Shown here: positions 19,329 through 29,166 of the stretch, piece after piece
Layout: each line of letters begins with the position of its first letter
Position numbering within the stretch: position 1 is the first letter of the stretch
Assembly: GCA_040830765.1 (NCBI GenBank)
Contig: JBFOMH010000014.1
Coordinates: 1-56,290, forward strand
Source: Puniceicoccaceae bacterium
GTDB taxonomy: Bacteria > Verrucomicrobiota > Verrucomicrobiia > Opitutales > Oceanipulchritudinaceae
DNA length: 56,290 nt
Direction: 5' to 3'
Translations under genes and position numbers: made by a program
The notes under the pieces: generated by a model
What the model was told of the DNA's origin: nothing
Seen by the model: only the letters and a program-made list of their open reading frames with translations
The model's database searches: none

Positions 19329-19975
19329 CAGCTAGCCTCGCGATTAACAAAGGGATTTGCCCTCGCCTCCTGCGCCACTGTGGTCTCGGGCCCATGGCCG
19401 GGATAGAGCACTGTGGCGTCCGGCAAGGTGTAGATTTTTTCCCGGATGGAGGCAGCCAGCTGCTCAAAGGAGCAGCCCGGAAAGTCTGTCCGTCCAATAC
19501 TTCCATTAAAAATGGCGTCCCCGGTTACCGCCAGTTGTTCGCCACTGAACCAGAACAGGATGCTCCCGGGGCTATGACCCGGCACGTGGCGGATTTCAAC
19601 AGTCCGTCCGAGGATTTCCACAGACTGACCGTCCTCCAGCCAGTGCTCGACTTCGATTGTCGGCATATCCAGGCCGGGAATGGAATAGGCCGCCATCACG
19701 TCCGGAGTCTCAAAGAAGGCCCTGTCCGCACTGTGGGCAAACACTGGGATTCCAGCGGCATTAAAGTAGTGACCGTCGAGGGTATGGTCCCAGTGCCCAT
19801 GAGTGAAGTAGAGCCCGGAGATCCGGCAACCGGTCTCGACAGCAATCCGCTCAACGGTGAGCCAGGCATTCAGCGGCGCATCAAAGACCACCAACTCCTG
19901 CCGCTGACCGTCGACCAGGACATAGCACTGGGTCCCGATGGGCGGCAGTTCGTAACTTTTCACTTCAAGGCTCAT
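19328..19975 (-). CDS. MBL-fold metallo-hydrolase (YcbL/GloC-like)
   Basis: THGHWDH, PGHSPGS, GD.IF.GSIGRTD.PG, PGHGP.TT; 1-nt overlap with ribD. Confidence 0.9.
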   Translation of the reverse strand: MSLEVKSYELPPIGTQCYVLVDGQRQELVVFDAPLNAWLTVERIAVETGCRISGLYFTHGHWDHTLDGHYFNAAGIPVFAHSADRAFFETPDVMAAYSIPGLDMPTIEVEHWLEDGQSVEILGRTVEIRHVPGHSPGSILFWFSGEQLAVTGDAIFNGSIGRTDFPGCSFEQLAASIREKIYTLPDATVLYPGHGPETTVAQEARANPFVNREAS

Positions 19976-20119
19976 TAAGGCCCAAATCTAAGGTCGGGAG
20001 CAGGATGAGCAAACTTTCAGGAGAATTTTTTAGCGCATCCCCGATCCTTGACTATTTTGCCTAAATCGGCTTCTAAGGGAGGTTTTCTCATCCGCAACGG
20101 CCCTGGGAACCTATTAATC

Positions 20120-21949
20120 ATGAAAGAGATGACCCCATTGGAGGAAATTCGCCATTCATCGGCGCACGTTCTGGCAACAGCGGTCTTGCGGCTTTTCCCG
20201 CAAGCCCAACTGGATATCGGGCCACCCACGGATACCGGGTTTTACTACGATTTCGACCTCGACCACGCCTTCACCAGCGAGGATCTGGAGAAAATCGAGG
20301 AGGAGATGCGCAAGGTCATCAAGGAAAACCAGCGCTTCGAGCGCTTCGAGACCAGTCGTGAGGAGGCCCAGGACCTGATTCGCGAAATGGGCCAGGAAGC
20401 CTACAAGCTGGGCCGGCTGGAGGACATCCCCGAGGGCGATCCAATCAGCTTTTACCGCAATGGCGAATTCGTCGATCTGTGCGCGGGGACGCACGTCAAC
20501 TACACCAAGAAGATCAAGGCCTTCAAGCTGCTCAGCGTGGCCGGCGCCTATCATCGTGGGGATGAAAACAACAAGCAATTGCAGCGGATTTACGGGACGG
20601 CGTTCCCAAGCAAGGCGGAACTCGAGGAGTACATGGAGCAACTGGAGGAAGCCCGCAAGCGGGACCACCGCAAGCTGGGCAAGGATCTGCAGCTGTTTCA
20701 TATCGACGAGGCGGTTGGCCAGGGACTGGTCCTGTGGACTGCCAAGGGCTCCATAATCCGCCAGGAACTCCAATCCTTCATCGCCGAGGAATTGCGCAAA
20801 CAGGGCTATTCCCAGGTATTCACGCCGCACATCGGCAAACTCGGCCTTTACCGCACCAGCGGCCACTTTCCTTACTACAAGGAATCCCAGTTCGCCCCGG
20901 TTATTGAGCGGGATGAACTCGAAGCCCTTTCTGAGGAAGGCTGTTCCTGTGCGGAGTTGAGCAACCGGGTCGATGCCGGGGAGGTCGACGGCTTCCTCCT
21001 CAAGCCAATGAACTGCCCGATGCACATCAAGATTTTTGACTCCCAGCCCCATAGCTACCGGGACTTGCCCATCCGGCTGGCGGAATTCGGAACGGTCTAC
21101 CGCTGGGAACAGTCGGGCGAACTGAGCGGGATGACACGGGTCCGCGGTTTCACGCAGGATGACGCCCACATCTTTTGTACCGAGGAACAGGTTGAAGATG
21201 AAATCAAGGGCTGCCTCGAACTGGTCAAGACCGTCTTTTCGACCCTTGGCATGACGGACTATCGGGTCCGGCTGGGCCTGCGGGATCCGGATTCCTCCAA
21301 GTACACCGGCGACACCACGCTCTGGGACAAGGCCGAGGAGGCGCTTCGTTCCGTGGCCGGGACGCTCGGTGTTCCCTACTCCGAGGAACCGGGGGAGGCC
21401 GCCTTCTACGGGCCCAAGATTGACTTCGTGGTCAAGGATGTCATTGGCCGCGAATGGCAGTTGGGCACTGTCCAGGTAGACTACAACCTCCCGGAGCGCT
21501 TTGACCTGAGCTTTGTGGGCGCAGACAACTGTGAACACCGGCCGGTTATGATCCACCGGGCCCCATTTGGTTCCCTGGAGCGTTTCACCGGTGTGTTGAT
21601 TGAGCACTTCGCCGGCAATTTCCCGGTCTGGCTCTCCCCCGAACAAGTACGCATCCTGCCGATCACGGATGCCCAGCTCGATGCCGCTCAGGAGATTGAA
21701 TCCACGCTAAAAGCGGCCAAAATCCGCTGCTCCATCGACAGCCACTCTGACAAGTTCGGAGCCAAAATCCGGCGGGCGGAAATGGAGCGGATTCCCTACA
21801 TGCTGGTCCTTGGCAAAAACGAGGTCGCCGAGGGGAACGTGACCATTCGCTCACGCGTCAACAAGGATGATGAAGGAATGGTTCCGGTCGCCGAAGCCAT
21901 CAACCTGCTCCTGACCCGCATTGCCGAAAAGGCACTGCCGGTGGCTTGA
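20120..21949 (+). CDS. thrS: threonine--tRNA ligase
   Basis: RHSSAH, GFYYDF, DLCAGTHV, RDHRKLG, KPMNCP, RVRGFTQDDAHIF, AFYGPKID, IHRA..GS.ERF. Start chosen at ATG 20120. Confidence 0.98.
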   Translation: MKEMTPLEEIRHSSAHVLATAVLRLFPQAQLDIGPPTDTGFYYDFDLDHAFTSEDLEKIEEEMRKVIKENQRFERFETSREEAQDLIREMGQEAYKLGRLEDIPEGDPISFYRNGEFVDLCAGTHVNYTKKIKAFKLLSVAGAYHRGDENNKQLQRIYGTAFPSKAELEEYMEQLEEARKRDHRKLGKDLQLFHIDEAVGQGLVLWTAKGSIIRQELQSFIAEELRKQGYSQVFTPHIGKLGLYRTSGHFPYYKESQFAPVIERDELEALSEEGCSCAELSNRVDAGEVDGFLLKPMNCPMHIKIFDSQPHSYRDLPIRLAEFGTVYRWEQSGELSGMTRVRGFTQDDAHIFCTEEQVEDEIKGCLELVKTVFSTLGMTDYRVRLGLRDPDSSKYTGDTTLWDKAEEALRSVAGTLGVPYSEEPGEAAFYGPKIDFVVKDVIGREWQLGTVQVDYNLPERFDLSFVGADNCEHRPVMIHRAPFGSLERFTGVLIEHFAGNFPVWLSPEQVRILPITDAQLDAAQEIESTLKAAKIRCSIDSHSDKFGAKIRRAEMERIPYMLVLGKNEVAEGNVTIRSRVNKDDEGMVPVAEAINLLLTRIAEKALPVA

Positions 21950-21971
21950 GCCATCAACACAGCAAGCGCTC

Positions 21972-23903
21972 ATGAACGGCTACCAGCACATTCATGACAA
22001 GTGGTCCGTGGAACGGGCCCGGAAGACCTATGGAGTGGATGCCTGGGGAAATGGTTATTTCAAGGTCAACGCCGATGGTGAAGTTGTCGTGACGCCCAGC
22101 GGTGGTGGCAAAAGACCGGAGGTCAGCCTTATCCAAGTTGTCAACGACATCAAGGAGCGTGGCTGGTCGATGCCGGTATTGCTCCGCTTCGAGGGCATTC
22201 TCTATTCCCGGATCAAGGCCATCAACGAAAGTTTCCGCACAGCCATGCGGGATTATAAGTACGAGGGAAGTTATCGCGGAGTCTACCCGATAAAGGTCAA
22301 CCAGCAGGAACAGGTCATCCAGGAACTTTCCACCTACGGCAAGGACTTCCACCATGGCCTTGAGGCCGGCAGCAAGCCAGAGCTCATCGCAGCCATGAGT
22401 TATCTTGATGATCCGGAAGCTCTCCTCATCTGCAATGGCTACAAGGATGAAGAGTTTATCGATCTTGGACTCAATGCCCGCAAGCTGGGCATCAATTGCA
22501 TTTTCGTCATCGAGACGATGCAGGAGGTCGCCCTCATCCTGAAGCGTTCCGAGGCGTTGGACATCCGCCCGGTCCTCGGTGTGCGGATGAAACTTTCCAG
22601 CAGTGGCAGCGGGTACTGGAAGGAATCCGGAGGGGACCGCAGCGTCTTTGGGCTGAACACCTACCAGCTTATGCAGGTCATCGACCAGTTGAAGGCCAAC
22701 AAGGCCCTCGATTGCCTCAAGCTGCTCCATTTCCACCTGGGTTCTCAATTGCCCAACATTCGCGAAATCCGCCGGGCAGCAACGGAGGCTTGCCGAATTT
22801 ACTGCGGCCTCGCAGAGGAAGGGGCCCCGATGGGCATTCTTGACCTGGGAGGCGGTCTCGCGGTCGACTACGATGGCTCCCACACCAATTCCAACAGCTC
22901 CTGCAACTACACGCTCGGCGAATATGCCCGGGACATGGTGGAGGTGGTCAAGGCTACCGTCGACGAAGCCGGATTACCTCACCCGATGATTGTCACGGAA
23001 TCGGGCCGGGCCACGGTGGCTTATTACTCGGTCCTTCTCTTCAACATCCTCGAGGTTGGACAGTTTGCGGTCTCCGAGGAACTCCCGGAGCTGCCTGCAG
23101 ACGCCCACGAATTGGCCCATAACATTCTCTACACGGCGCAAAATGTCCGGACCAAGAACCTTCAGGAATCCTTCCATGATGCCATTTTCTATCGGGACGA
23201 GATCCGGAACCTTTTCCGCAGCGGGTCCATTGGCATCCGCGAACGGGCCATGGTGGAGGAAATCTTCTGGTATACGATGCTGCAAATTCGGGAAAAGAAG
23301 GACAAGCTGCGCCATCCCCCGCGTGATCTGGAAGACCTTGAGGCCGCCTTGTCGGACATCTACTACGGCAATCTGAGTGTCTTCCAGTCCCTGCCCGATG
23401 CCTGGGCAATTGACCAGTTGTTCCCGATCATGCCGATCCACCGGTTGAAGGAGGCACCCGTCCGTGAAGGCATCATCGCGGATATCACCTGTGATTGTGA
23501 CGGGAAGATTGACCGTTTCATCGACATGCATGAGGTCCGCCGCACCCTTCCCCTGCACCCGTTCAAGGAAGGCGAAGATTATGTCCTCGGCGCTTTCCTT
23601 GTCGGTGCTTACCAGGAGACCCTCGGTGACCTGCACAACCTCTTCGGGGACACCAACGTGGTCAGTATCCGGTTCGACGAGGACGGCGAAGTCGAGTATT
23701 CCCGCGAACTGGAAGGCGATACTGTCGAGGACGTCCTGCAGTATGTCGAATACGACATCCGGGATCTCGTCCGGCGTTTCCGGGAAAGGGCGGAAAAGGC
23801 GGTCAAGAAAAAGCAAATTTCCGGTGCCGAACGAAAGTCCATCATGAATACCTACATGGAAGGCCTGCGCGGATACACCTACCACGAACCGGAGAGCCTT
23901 TAG
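21972..23903 (+). CDS. speA: biosynthetic arginine decarboxylase
   Basis: WG.GYF, YPIKVNQ, GLEAGSKPEL, CNGYKD, HFHLGSQ, GGGLAVDYDG, ESGRA, SVFQSLPD.W, DITCDCDG, GAYQE.LGD.HNLFG. Confidence 0.96.
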   Translation: MNGYQHIHDKWSVERARKTYGVDAWGNGYFKVNADGEVVVTPSGGGKRPEVSLIQVVNDIKERGWSMPVLLRFEGILYSRIKAINESFRTAMRDYKYEGSYRGVYPIKVNQQEQVIQELSTYGKDFHHGLEAGSKPELIAAMSYLDDPEALLICNGYKDEEFIDLGLNARKLGINCIFVIETMQEVALILKRSEALDIRPVLGVRMKLSSSGSGYWKESGGDRSVFGLNTYQLMQVIDQLKANKALDCLKLLHFHLGSQLPNIREIRRAATEACRIYCGLAEEGAPMGILDLGGGLAVDYDGSHTNSNSSCNYTLGEYARDMVEVVKATVDEAGLPHPMIVTESGRATVAYYSVLLFNILEVGQFAVSEELPELPADAHELAHNILYTAQNVRTKNLQESFHDAIFYRDEIRNLFRSGSIGIRERAMVEEIFWYTMLQIREKKDKLRHPPRDLEDLEAALSDIYYGNLSVFQSLPDAWAIDQLFPIMPIHRLKEAPVREGIIADITCDCDGKIDRFIDMHEVRRTLPLHPFKEGEDYVLGAFLVGAYQETLGDLHNLFGDTNVVSIRFDEDGEVEYSRELEGDTVEDVLQYVEYDIRDLVRRFRERAEKAVKKKQISGAERKSIMNTYMEGLRGYTYHEPESL

Positions 23904-23924
23904 AAACATCTGAAAGGAGCGAGC

Positions 23925-25103
23925 ATGAAACATGTACTGATAATTGGAGCCGGTGGCGTTGGAGGCGTTGTCACCCACAAGTGCGCCCAGGTCCCGGAAG
24001 TCTTTTCCCGGATTACCCTCGCCAGTCGGACGGAGGAGAAGTGCCGCCGCATCGCGGAGCAAATCGACCAGCCGATTGAGACGGCGCAGGTCGATGCAGA
24101 CAATGTGGCCAAAACGGTCGAACTCCTCAATAGCGTCAAGCCGGATTTGGTGATAAATGTCGCCCTGCCCTACCAGGACTTGCCGCTGATGGATGCCTGT
24201 CTCGAGGCTGGTATCGATTATCTGGATACAGCCAACTACGAACCTCCGGAGACCGCAAAGTTTGAGTACAAGTGGCAATGGGCCTACCATGACCGCTTCA
24301 AGGAAAAGGGCCTCATGGCCCTGCTGGGCAGCGGATTCGATCCGGGAGTGACCAATGTCTTCACCGCCTGGATTGCCAAGCATGAACTCGATGAAATTCA
24401 CGAACTCGACATCATTGACGCCAACGCCGGTGACCACGGCCAACCCTTCGCGACAAACTTCAACCCGGAAATCAACATCCGTGAGGTGACGGCCAAGGGA
24501 CGCTATTGGGAAGAAGGCGACTGGAAGGAGACCGATCCGCTCTCGGTGAACAAGTCCTTCGACTTCCCTGCGGGTATCGGCCCGAAGCAGATTTACCTGA
24601 TGTACCACGAGGAACTGGAATCGATCGTCAAGTTCTTCCCGACCATCCGCCGGGCCCGCTTCTGGATGACCTTCTCCGATAATTACCTCAAGCACCTTGA
24701 GGTCTTGCAGAATGTCGGCATGACGCGGATCGATCCGGTCCTGTTCGAAGGCAAGGAGATCATTCCGCTCCAGTTCCTCAAGGCCCTTCTCCCCGACCCC
24801 GCTTCCCTCGGTCCGTTGACCAAGGGCAAGACCTGTATCGGATGTGTCGCCAAGGGCATCAAGGACGGCAAGGAAAAGACAGTCTACGTCTATAACATCT
24901 GTGACCATGAGGCCTGTTACCGCGAGGTCCAGTCGCAGGCCATCTCCTACACCACAGGCGTTCCAGCAATGATCGGCGGCATGATGATGCTGACCGGCCA
25001 GTGGCAGGGCCAGGGTGTCTTCAATATGGAGGAATTTGATCCCGATCCCTTTATGGATGCCTTGAACAAGTATGGCCTTCCATGGACAGTGACCACATTG
25101 TAA
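23925..25103 (+). CDS. carboxy(nor)spermidine dehydrogenase (saccharopine dehydrogenase family)
   Basis: IGAGGVG, NVALPYQDL, YLDTANYEP, GFDPGVT, FATNFNPEINIRE, HEELES, QAISYTTGVPA; AAAGGAG ribosome-binding site upstream. Confidence 0.92.
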   Translation: MKHVLIIGAGGVGGVVTHKCAQVPEVFSRITLASRTEEKCRRIAEQIDQPIETAQVDADNVAKTVELLNSVKPDLVINVALPYQDLPLMDACLEAGIDYLDTANYEPPETAKFEYKWQWAYHDRFKEKGLMALLGSGFDPGVTNVFTAWIAKHELDEIHELDIIDANAGDHGQPFATNFNPEINIREVTAKGRYWEEGDWKETDPLSVNKSFDFPAGIGPKQIYLMYHEELESIVKFFPTIRRARFWMTFSDNYLKHLEVLQNVGMTRIDPVLFEGKEIIPLQFLKALLPDPASLGPLTKGKTCIGCVAKGIKDGKEKTVYVYNICDHEACYREVQSQAISYTTGVPAMIGGMMMLTGQWQGQGVFNMEEFDPDPFMDALNKYGLPWTVTTL

Positions 25104-26236
25104 GTATCCTCCGGCAATCCCCCAGCCCGGCTTACGTGGTCCACATGGGCAAGCTGGAGGAGAATCTCCGCATTCTTGAAGAAGTCCAGCAGAGGAGCGG
25201 TGCCACCGTCCTACTCGCCTTGAAGGGCTTCGCGATGTTCGGGGTCTTCCCGCTTATCCGCCAGTACCTGAAAGGTGTCTGCGCCAGCGGGCCGCACGAA
25301 GCGCGGTTGGGAGCCGAGGAATTCAAGGGGCAGGTCCACAGTTATGCCGCGGGATTCAAGGAGGAGGATGTCCGTGAGTGCCTCCAGCACAGCCAACACA
25401 TCGTCTTCAATTCATTCAACCAGTGGAAGCGCTTTCGCTCCCTGGTCGAGGCAAATGACAAGCCGGTTTCCGTCGGCCTGCGGGTCAACCCGGAGGTCAG
25501 TACCGGTAAGGTTCCGCTCTACGATCCTTGCGCACCCGGTTCCCGCTTGGGCATCCTCAGAAGCGAATTCGAGGGCGAGTCCCTAGAAGGGATCGAAGGG
25601 CTGCATTTCCACACACTCTGCGAACAGAACTGCGACGACTTGGAGAAAACGCTGGCGGGATTCGAGGAACGGTTCGGGGAATTCATTCCGCAACTGAAGT
25701 GGGTCAACTTCGGCGGCGGTCATCACATCACCCGTGAGGATTATGATCGTGACTGTCTCGTGCGTCTGGTCCGCGACTTCCGCGAAAAGTATGGTGTTGC
25801 TGTCTTCCTTGAGCCAGGAGAGGCCATTGCCCTGAACACAGGGCTGCTGGTCGCCGAAGTGGTGGACATCCTGCAACGGGAAAAGCCCATCGCCATCCTC
25901 GACACCTCGGTCACGGCCCACATGCCCGATGTCCTTGAAATGCCCTACCGGCCGGGGATCATCGGTGGCGGGGATCCGGGTGAGAAGGCGCATACCTACA
26001 CCCTCGGCGGATTGACCTGCCTCGCCGGCGATGTCATTGGCGACTGGTCATTTGACCAGCCCCTCTCTGTCGGCGACCGCCTCGCCTTCACGGACATGGC
26101 CCACTACACCATGGTCAAAAACACCACCTTCAATGGCGTCAAGCTGCCGTCCATCGCCACTTATGATCCGGAAAGCGACAGCGTCGCGGTCATTCGCCGC
26201 TTTGGGTACGAAGACTATCGCAACCGTCTGAGCTAA
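25082..26236 (+). CDS. nspC: carboxy(nor)spermidine decarboxylase
   Basis: LALKGF, LRVNP, YDPCAPGSRLG, GLHFHTLCEQ, NFGGGHHITR, EPGEA, HMPDVLEMPYRP, CLAGD, YTMVKNTTFNG. Confidence 0.95.
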   Translation: MDSDHIVSILRQSPSPAYVVHMGKLEENLRILEEVQQRSGATVLLALKGFAMFGVFPLIRQYLKGVCASGPHEARLGAEEFKGQVHSYAAGFKEEDVRECLQHSQHIVFNSFNQWKRFRSLVEANDKPVSVGLRVNPEVSTGKVPLYDPCAPGSRLGILRSEFEGESLEGIEGLHFHTLCEQNCDDLEKTLAGFEERFGEFIPQLKWVNFGGGHHITREDYDRDCLVRLVRDFREKYGVAVFLEPGEAIALNTGLLVAEVVDILQREKPIAILDTSVTAHMPDVLEMPYRPGIIGGGDPGEKAHTYTLGGLTCLAGDVIGDWSFDQPLSVGDRLAFTDMAHYTMVKNTTFNGVKLPSIATYDPESDSVAVIRRFGYEDYRNRLS

Positions 26237-26241
26237 AGCCG

Positions 26242-26763
26242 ATGACCATACCCCACACTCACTTCAATCATTGCCCGTCCTGCGGGGAAGCTGTGCGGGA
26301 TGTTTCCGAAAAACGCATGCAGTGTGGCGCTTGCGGGTTTCTTTACTTCTTCAACCCGACGATCGGACTGGCCGGATTCATTGAAAATGAAAGGGGTGAA
26401 ATCCTCCTCATCGAGCGGGGCAAGGAACCGGCGAAAGGCAAGCTGGCCCCGCCTGGCGGCTTCGCCGATATCAATGAGTCGGCAGAACAGTCCCTCAGTC
26501 GGGAAGTGTTTGAAGAGACCGGGCTCCAGGTTGTTGACTGGACCTACCTCTGCAGTGCGGTCAACAACTATGCCTACGCGAGCGTCACTTACCCGGTGCT
26601 GGACTTTTTCTACACCGCACAGGTTTCCGATAATCAGGATTTGAACCTTTGCCCTGAGGAAACCGTTGGCGCTAAGTGGTTCAACAAGCATTCAATCCAG
26701 TCCGAAGAACTGGCCTTCCCATCAATGCGGGAGGCATTCGGTAAATTGCTTGAGAAGTTTTGA
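26242..26763 (+). CDS. NUDIX hydrolase with N-terminal zinc ribbon
   Basis: CPSCG...CGACG, then Nudix box GGFADINESAEQSLSREVFEETG. Confidence 0.88.
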   Translation: MTIPHTHFNHCPSCGEAVRDVSEKRMQCGACGFLYFFNPTIGLAGFIENERGEILLIERGKEPAKGKLAPPGGFADINESAEQSLSREVFEETGLQVVDWTYLCSAVNNYAYASVTYPVLDFFYTAQVSDNQDLNLCPEETVGAKWFNKHSIQSEELAFPSMREAFGKLLEKF

Positions 26764-26764
26764 A

Positions 26765-27616
26765 TCAAACCCCCACCGGATGCCAGGTCGTCTTCATCTC
26801 GAGGAATTCGGCAATGGCATAAGGGGAGCCGGACTTGGGTGCCTCCGCGACGAAGCTCAGCCGCTTGAGGGAGTCCGCGGCCGCCTCCTGGAGTGACTTT
26901 TCCACCGCAGGGTCCAGGCCGATTCCCAATACCCCGTCAACGGCCCGGTGACTGCCGGCGGTTTCCGCAAGGTCATCCGTTATCCCGGTCAGGATATTGA
27001 GGGCACCCCCTGGCAGGTCGCTGGTGTGCCAGACCTCGCCCAGCGAGGAAGCGCTCAACGGGCAGGCCGGGCAACCACAGAGGATGACCGCGTTGCCACC
27101 GGCCAGCAGGCGACAAGCCGCCTCGACCGTACCGGACAGTCCGACACCCTCCCCGACCAGTGCTGCGACGACCCCGGTGGGTTCCGGCATGGTAAAACAA
27201 AAATGGGAACTGGCCACCGGGTTGACCGCGGAAAAGAGCTGACCCACCTTGTCCGTCCAACCGGCGTAATAGACCATCCGGTCAATGGCCTGCTGCACAT
27301 CCTTGCGGGCTGCGGATTTGCTCATCCCTTGTAGTTGCAATTCCTCGACAAACTGGGCGGAGCGACCCTCCAGCATCTCCGCCGCCCGGTAAAGAATCTG
27401 GCCGCGCAAATACGGCGTCGCCGCCTTCCAAGCCTTGAGGCCAGTGCTGGCCGCGAGCACAGCATCCCGGAAATCCTTGCGGCTGGACTTGCAGTAGGCT
27501 GCCACCACCTTGCCTTTTTTGTCGGTGAAGGCCAGTGTCTGGCCGCTCTCTGAACGGGGAAACTTACCCCCGACATATAACTTGTATGTCTTCTTTACTA
27601 AAATCCTGTCCGCCAT
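26765..27616 (-). CDS. short non-catalytic ALDH-like protein (ALDH16 C-terminal domain-like)
   Basis: KTYKLYVGGKFPRSESG, YYAGWTDK, EPTGVV, LNILTG, KTTWHP; lacks ELGGK and the catalytic Cys motif. Confidence 0.85.
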   Translation of the reverse strand: MADRILVKKTYKLYVGGKFPRSESGQTLAFTDKKGKVVAAYCKSSRKDFRDAVLAASTGLKAWKAATPYLRGQILYRAAEMLEGRSAQFVEELQLQGMSKSAARKDVQQAIDRMVYYAGWTDKVGQLFSAVNPVASSHFCFTMPEPTGVVAALVGEGVGLSGTVEAACRLLAGGNAVILCGCPACPLSASSLGEVWHTSDLPGGALNILTGITDDLAETAGSHRAVDGVLGIGLDPAVEKSLQEAAADSLKRLSFVAEAPKSGSPYAIAEFLEMKTTWHPVGV

Positions 27617-27626
27617 CTCAACAATC

Positions 27627-27662
27627 CAATCTTAATCTCAATCTTAGCCTTAATCTTAATCC
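27627..27662. repeat. hexamer tandem array (YAATCT-like x6)
   Basis: caatct taatct caatct tagcct taatct taatcc fills most of the spacer between the two ALDH genes. Confidence 0.8.
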
Positions 27663-27665
27663 CAC

Positions 27666-29120
27666 TCAATCTCCCAGCCGCACATACGGCACCAGTCCAT
27701 GCAGTCCGCCTTCGCGGCCTATTCCACTCTCCTTGTAGCCGCCAAACGGGGCTGTCGGATCAAACTTGTTAAAGGTATTGGCCCACAGAACGCCTGCCTG
27801 GACCGCATTGGTGATCTTGAATATTTTGGACCCCTTGTCAGTCCAGACACCTCCGCTTAATCCATAGCGGGTGTTGTTGGCCTTTTCAATGGCCTCGTCG
27901 GGATTGCGGAAGGTCTGTACCGCCAATACCGGTCCAAAGACCTCCTCCCGGACAATGCGGCTGCTCTGGGGGGCATTCTTGACGATCGTCGGCCGGCACC
28001 AGAAACCCTCCTCGGGCAGCTCCTGTCCTCCATCGACCATCTCCAGTCCCTCTTCACGGGCCTCCTCGAGAAATTCATGGATCTTGTTGCATTGAGGCTG
28101 GTTGTTGATGGCCCCGATGTCCGTATTCTTGTCGAGGGGATTCCCGACAATGAGGGTCTGTATCCGGTACTCCAGTTTGCGCATCAGCTCATCAGCGATC
28201 CCTTCCTGGACCAGCAACCGCGAACCCGCGCAGCAGACATGCCCCTGGTTGAAGAAGATGCCGTTGACGATGCCTTCCACCGCCTGGTCGATAGCCGCAT
28301 CTTCAAAGATGATGTGCGCCGCCTTGCCTCCCAATTCCAGGGTGTAGGGCTTACCCGTTCCGGCAAGGGACCGTTGGATTAACTTGCCCACTTCCGTCGA
28401 GCCGGTGAAGGCAATCTTGTTGACATCCTCATGTTCAACAATTGACCGGCCCGCCTCTGAACCTCCCGTCAGGATGTTGATGACACCAGGCGGAAACTCC
28501 GCTTCCTGGACCAACTCAGCCAGGTAAAGTGCTGTCAGTGGCGTGAACTCAGCCGGCTTGAGGACGACCGTGTTACCACAGGCTAGTGCAGGGGCCAGTT
28601 TCCATGCCGCCATCAGCAAAGGGAAATTCCATGGGATAATCTGACCAGCGACCCCATGGGGACTCCATGTCCTGTTGGGAAAGGCGTAATCCAGTTTGTC
28701 TGCCCATCCGGCGTAATAAAAGAAGTGGGCTGCCACCAAGGGAATGTCGACATCCCGGGATTCCCGGATCGGCTTGCCGCCGTCCATCGACTCAAGGACG
28801 GCCAGTTCACGGCTTCTTTCCTGGATAAGGCGAGCCAGGCGGTAAAGGTACTTCCCCCGCTCGGCGGGAGCCATCCTTGACCATGTCTTTTCGTAAGCCC
28901 TCCGTGCCGCCTGCACCGCCTTGTCGACGTCCGCCTTACCGGCCTCAGCTACCCGGGCAATTAACTTGCCAGTAGCCGGATTGAGGGACTCGCGGGTGGA
29001 ACCGTCTTCCGCAGGAACAAAGTCATTCTCGATGAACAATCCGTAGGTGTCCTTGATGGCCACCTTGGTGGATTCCGGTGCCGGGGCATATGGCTCGTTG
29101 ATAAATGGATTCTCGCTCAT
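27666..29120 (-). CDS. aldehyde dehydrogenase (probably acetaldehyde; ALDH16-like catalytic part)
   Basis: [66 protein letters not shown]; downstream of deoC. Confidence 0.93.
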   Translation of the reverse strand: MSENPFINEPYAPAPESTKVAIKDTYGLFIENDFVPAEDGSTRESLNPATGKLIARVAEAGKADVDKAVQAARRAYEKTWSRMAPAERGKYLYRLARLIQERSRELAVLESMDGGKPIRESRDVDIPLVAAHFFYYAGWADKLDYAFPNRTWSPHGVAGQIIPWNFPLLMAAWKLAPALACGNTVVLKPAEFTPLTALYLAELVQEAEFPPGVINILTGGSEAGRSIVEHEDVNKIAFTGSTEVGKLIQRSLAGTGKPYTLELGGKAAHIIFEDAAIDQAVEGIVNGIFFNQGHVCCAGSRLLVQEGIADELMRKLEYRIQTLIVGNPLDKNTDIGAINNQPQCNKIHEFLEEAREEGLEMVDGGQELPEEGFWCRPTIVKNAPQSSRIVREEVFGPVLAVQTFRNPDEAIEKANNTRYGLSGGVWTDKGSKIFKITNAVQAGVLWANTFNKFDPTAPFGGYKESGIGREGGLHGLVPYVRLGD

Positions 29121-29166
29121 TGTCCTTTGTCTTTCGTCCTTGGTCCTTCGTCCCTAGTCCTTGGTC
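29121..29166. repeat. heptamer tandem array (NGTCCTT-like x6)
   Basis: tgtcctt tgtcttt cgtcctt ggtcctt cgtccct agtcctt ggtc, spanning the deoC stop and the whole deoC-ALDH spacer. Confidence 0.85.

Noticed and set aside
20156..21646. 496-aa antisense ORF in thrS; likewise 6636-8024, 53154-54191 and 54291-55700
   Set aside because: Each lies wholly opposite a confident gene and has the composition typical of antisense frames.
22974..24908. 644-aa antisense ORF across speA and the dehydrogenase gene
   Set aside because: Shadow frame of strongly biased GC-rich genes, with no recognisable motifs.
27617..27668. Possible stop read-through fusing the two ALDH halves into one ALDH16 chain
   Set aside because: The 49-nt spacer is out of frame, there is no evident slippery site, and the small gene has its own ATG.
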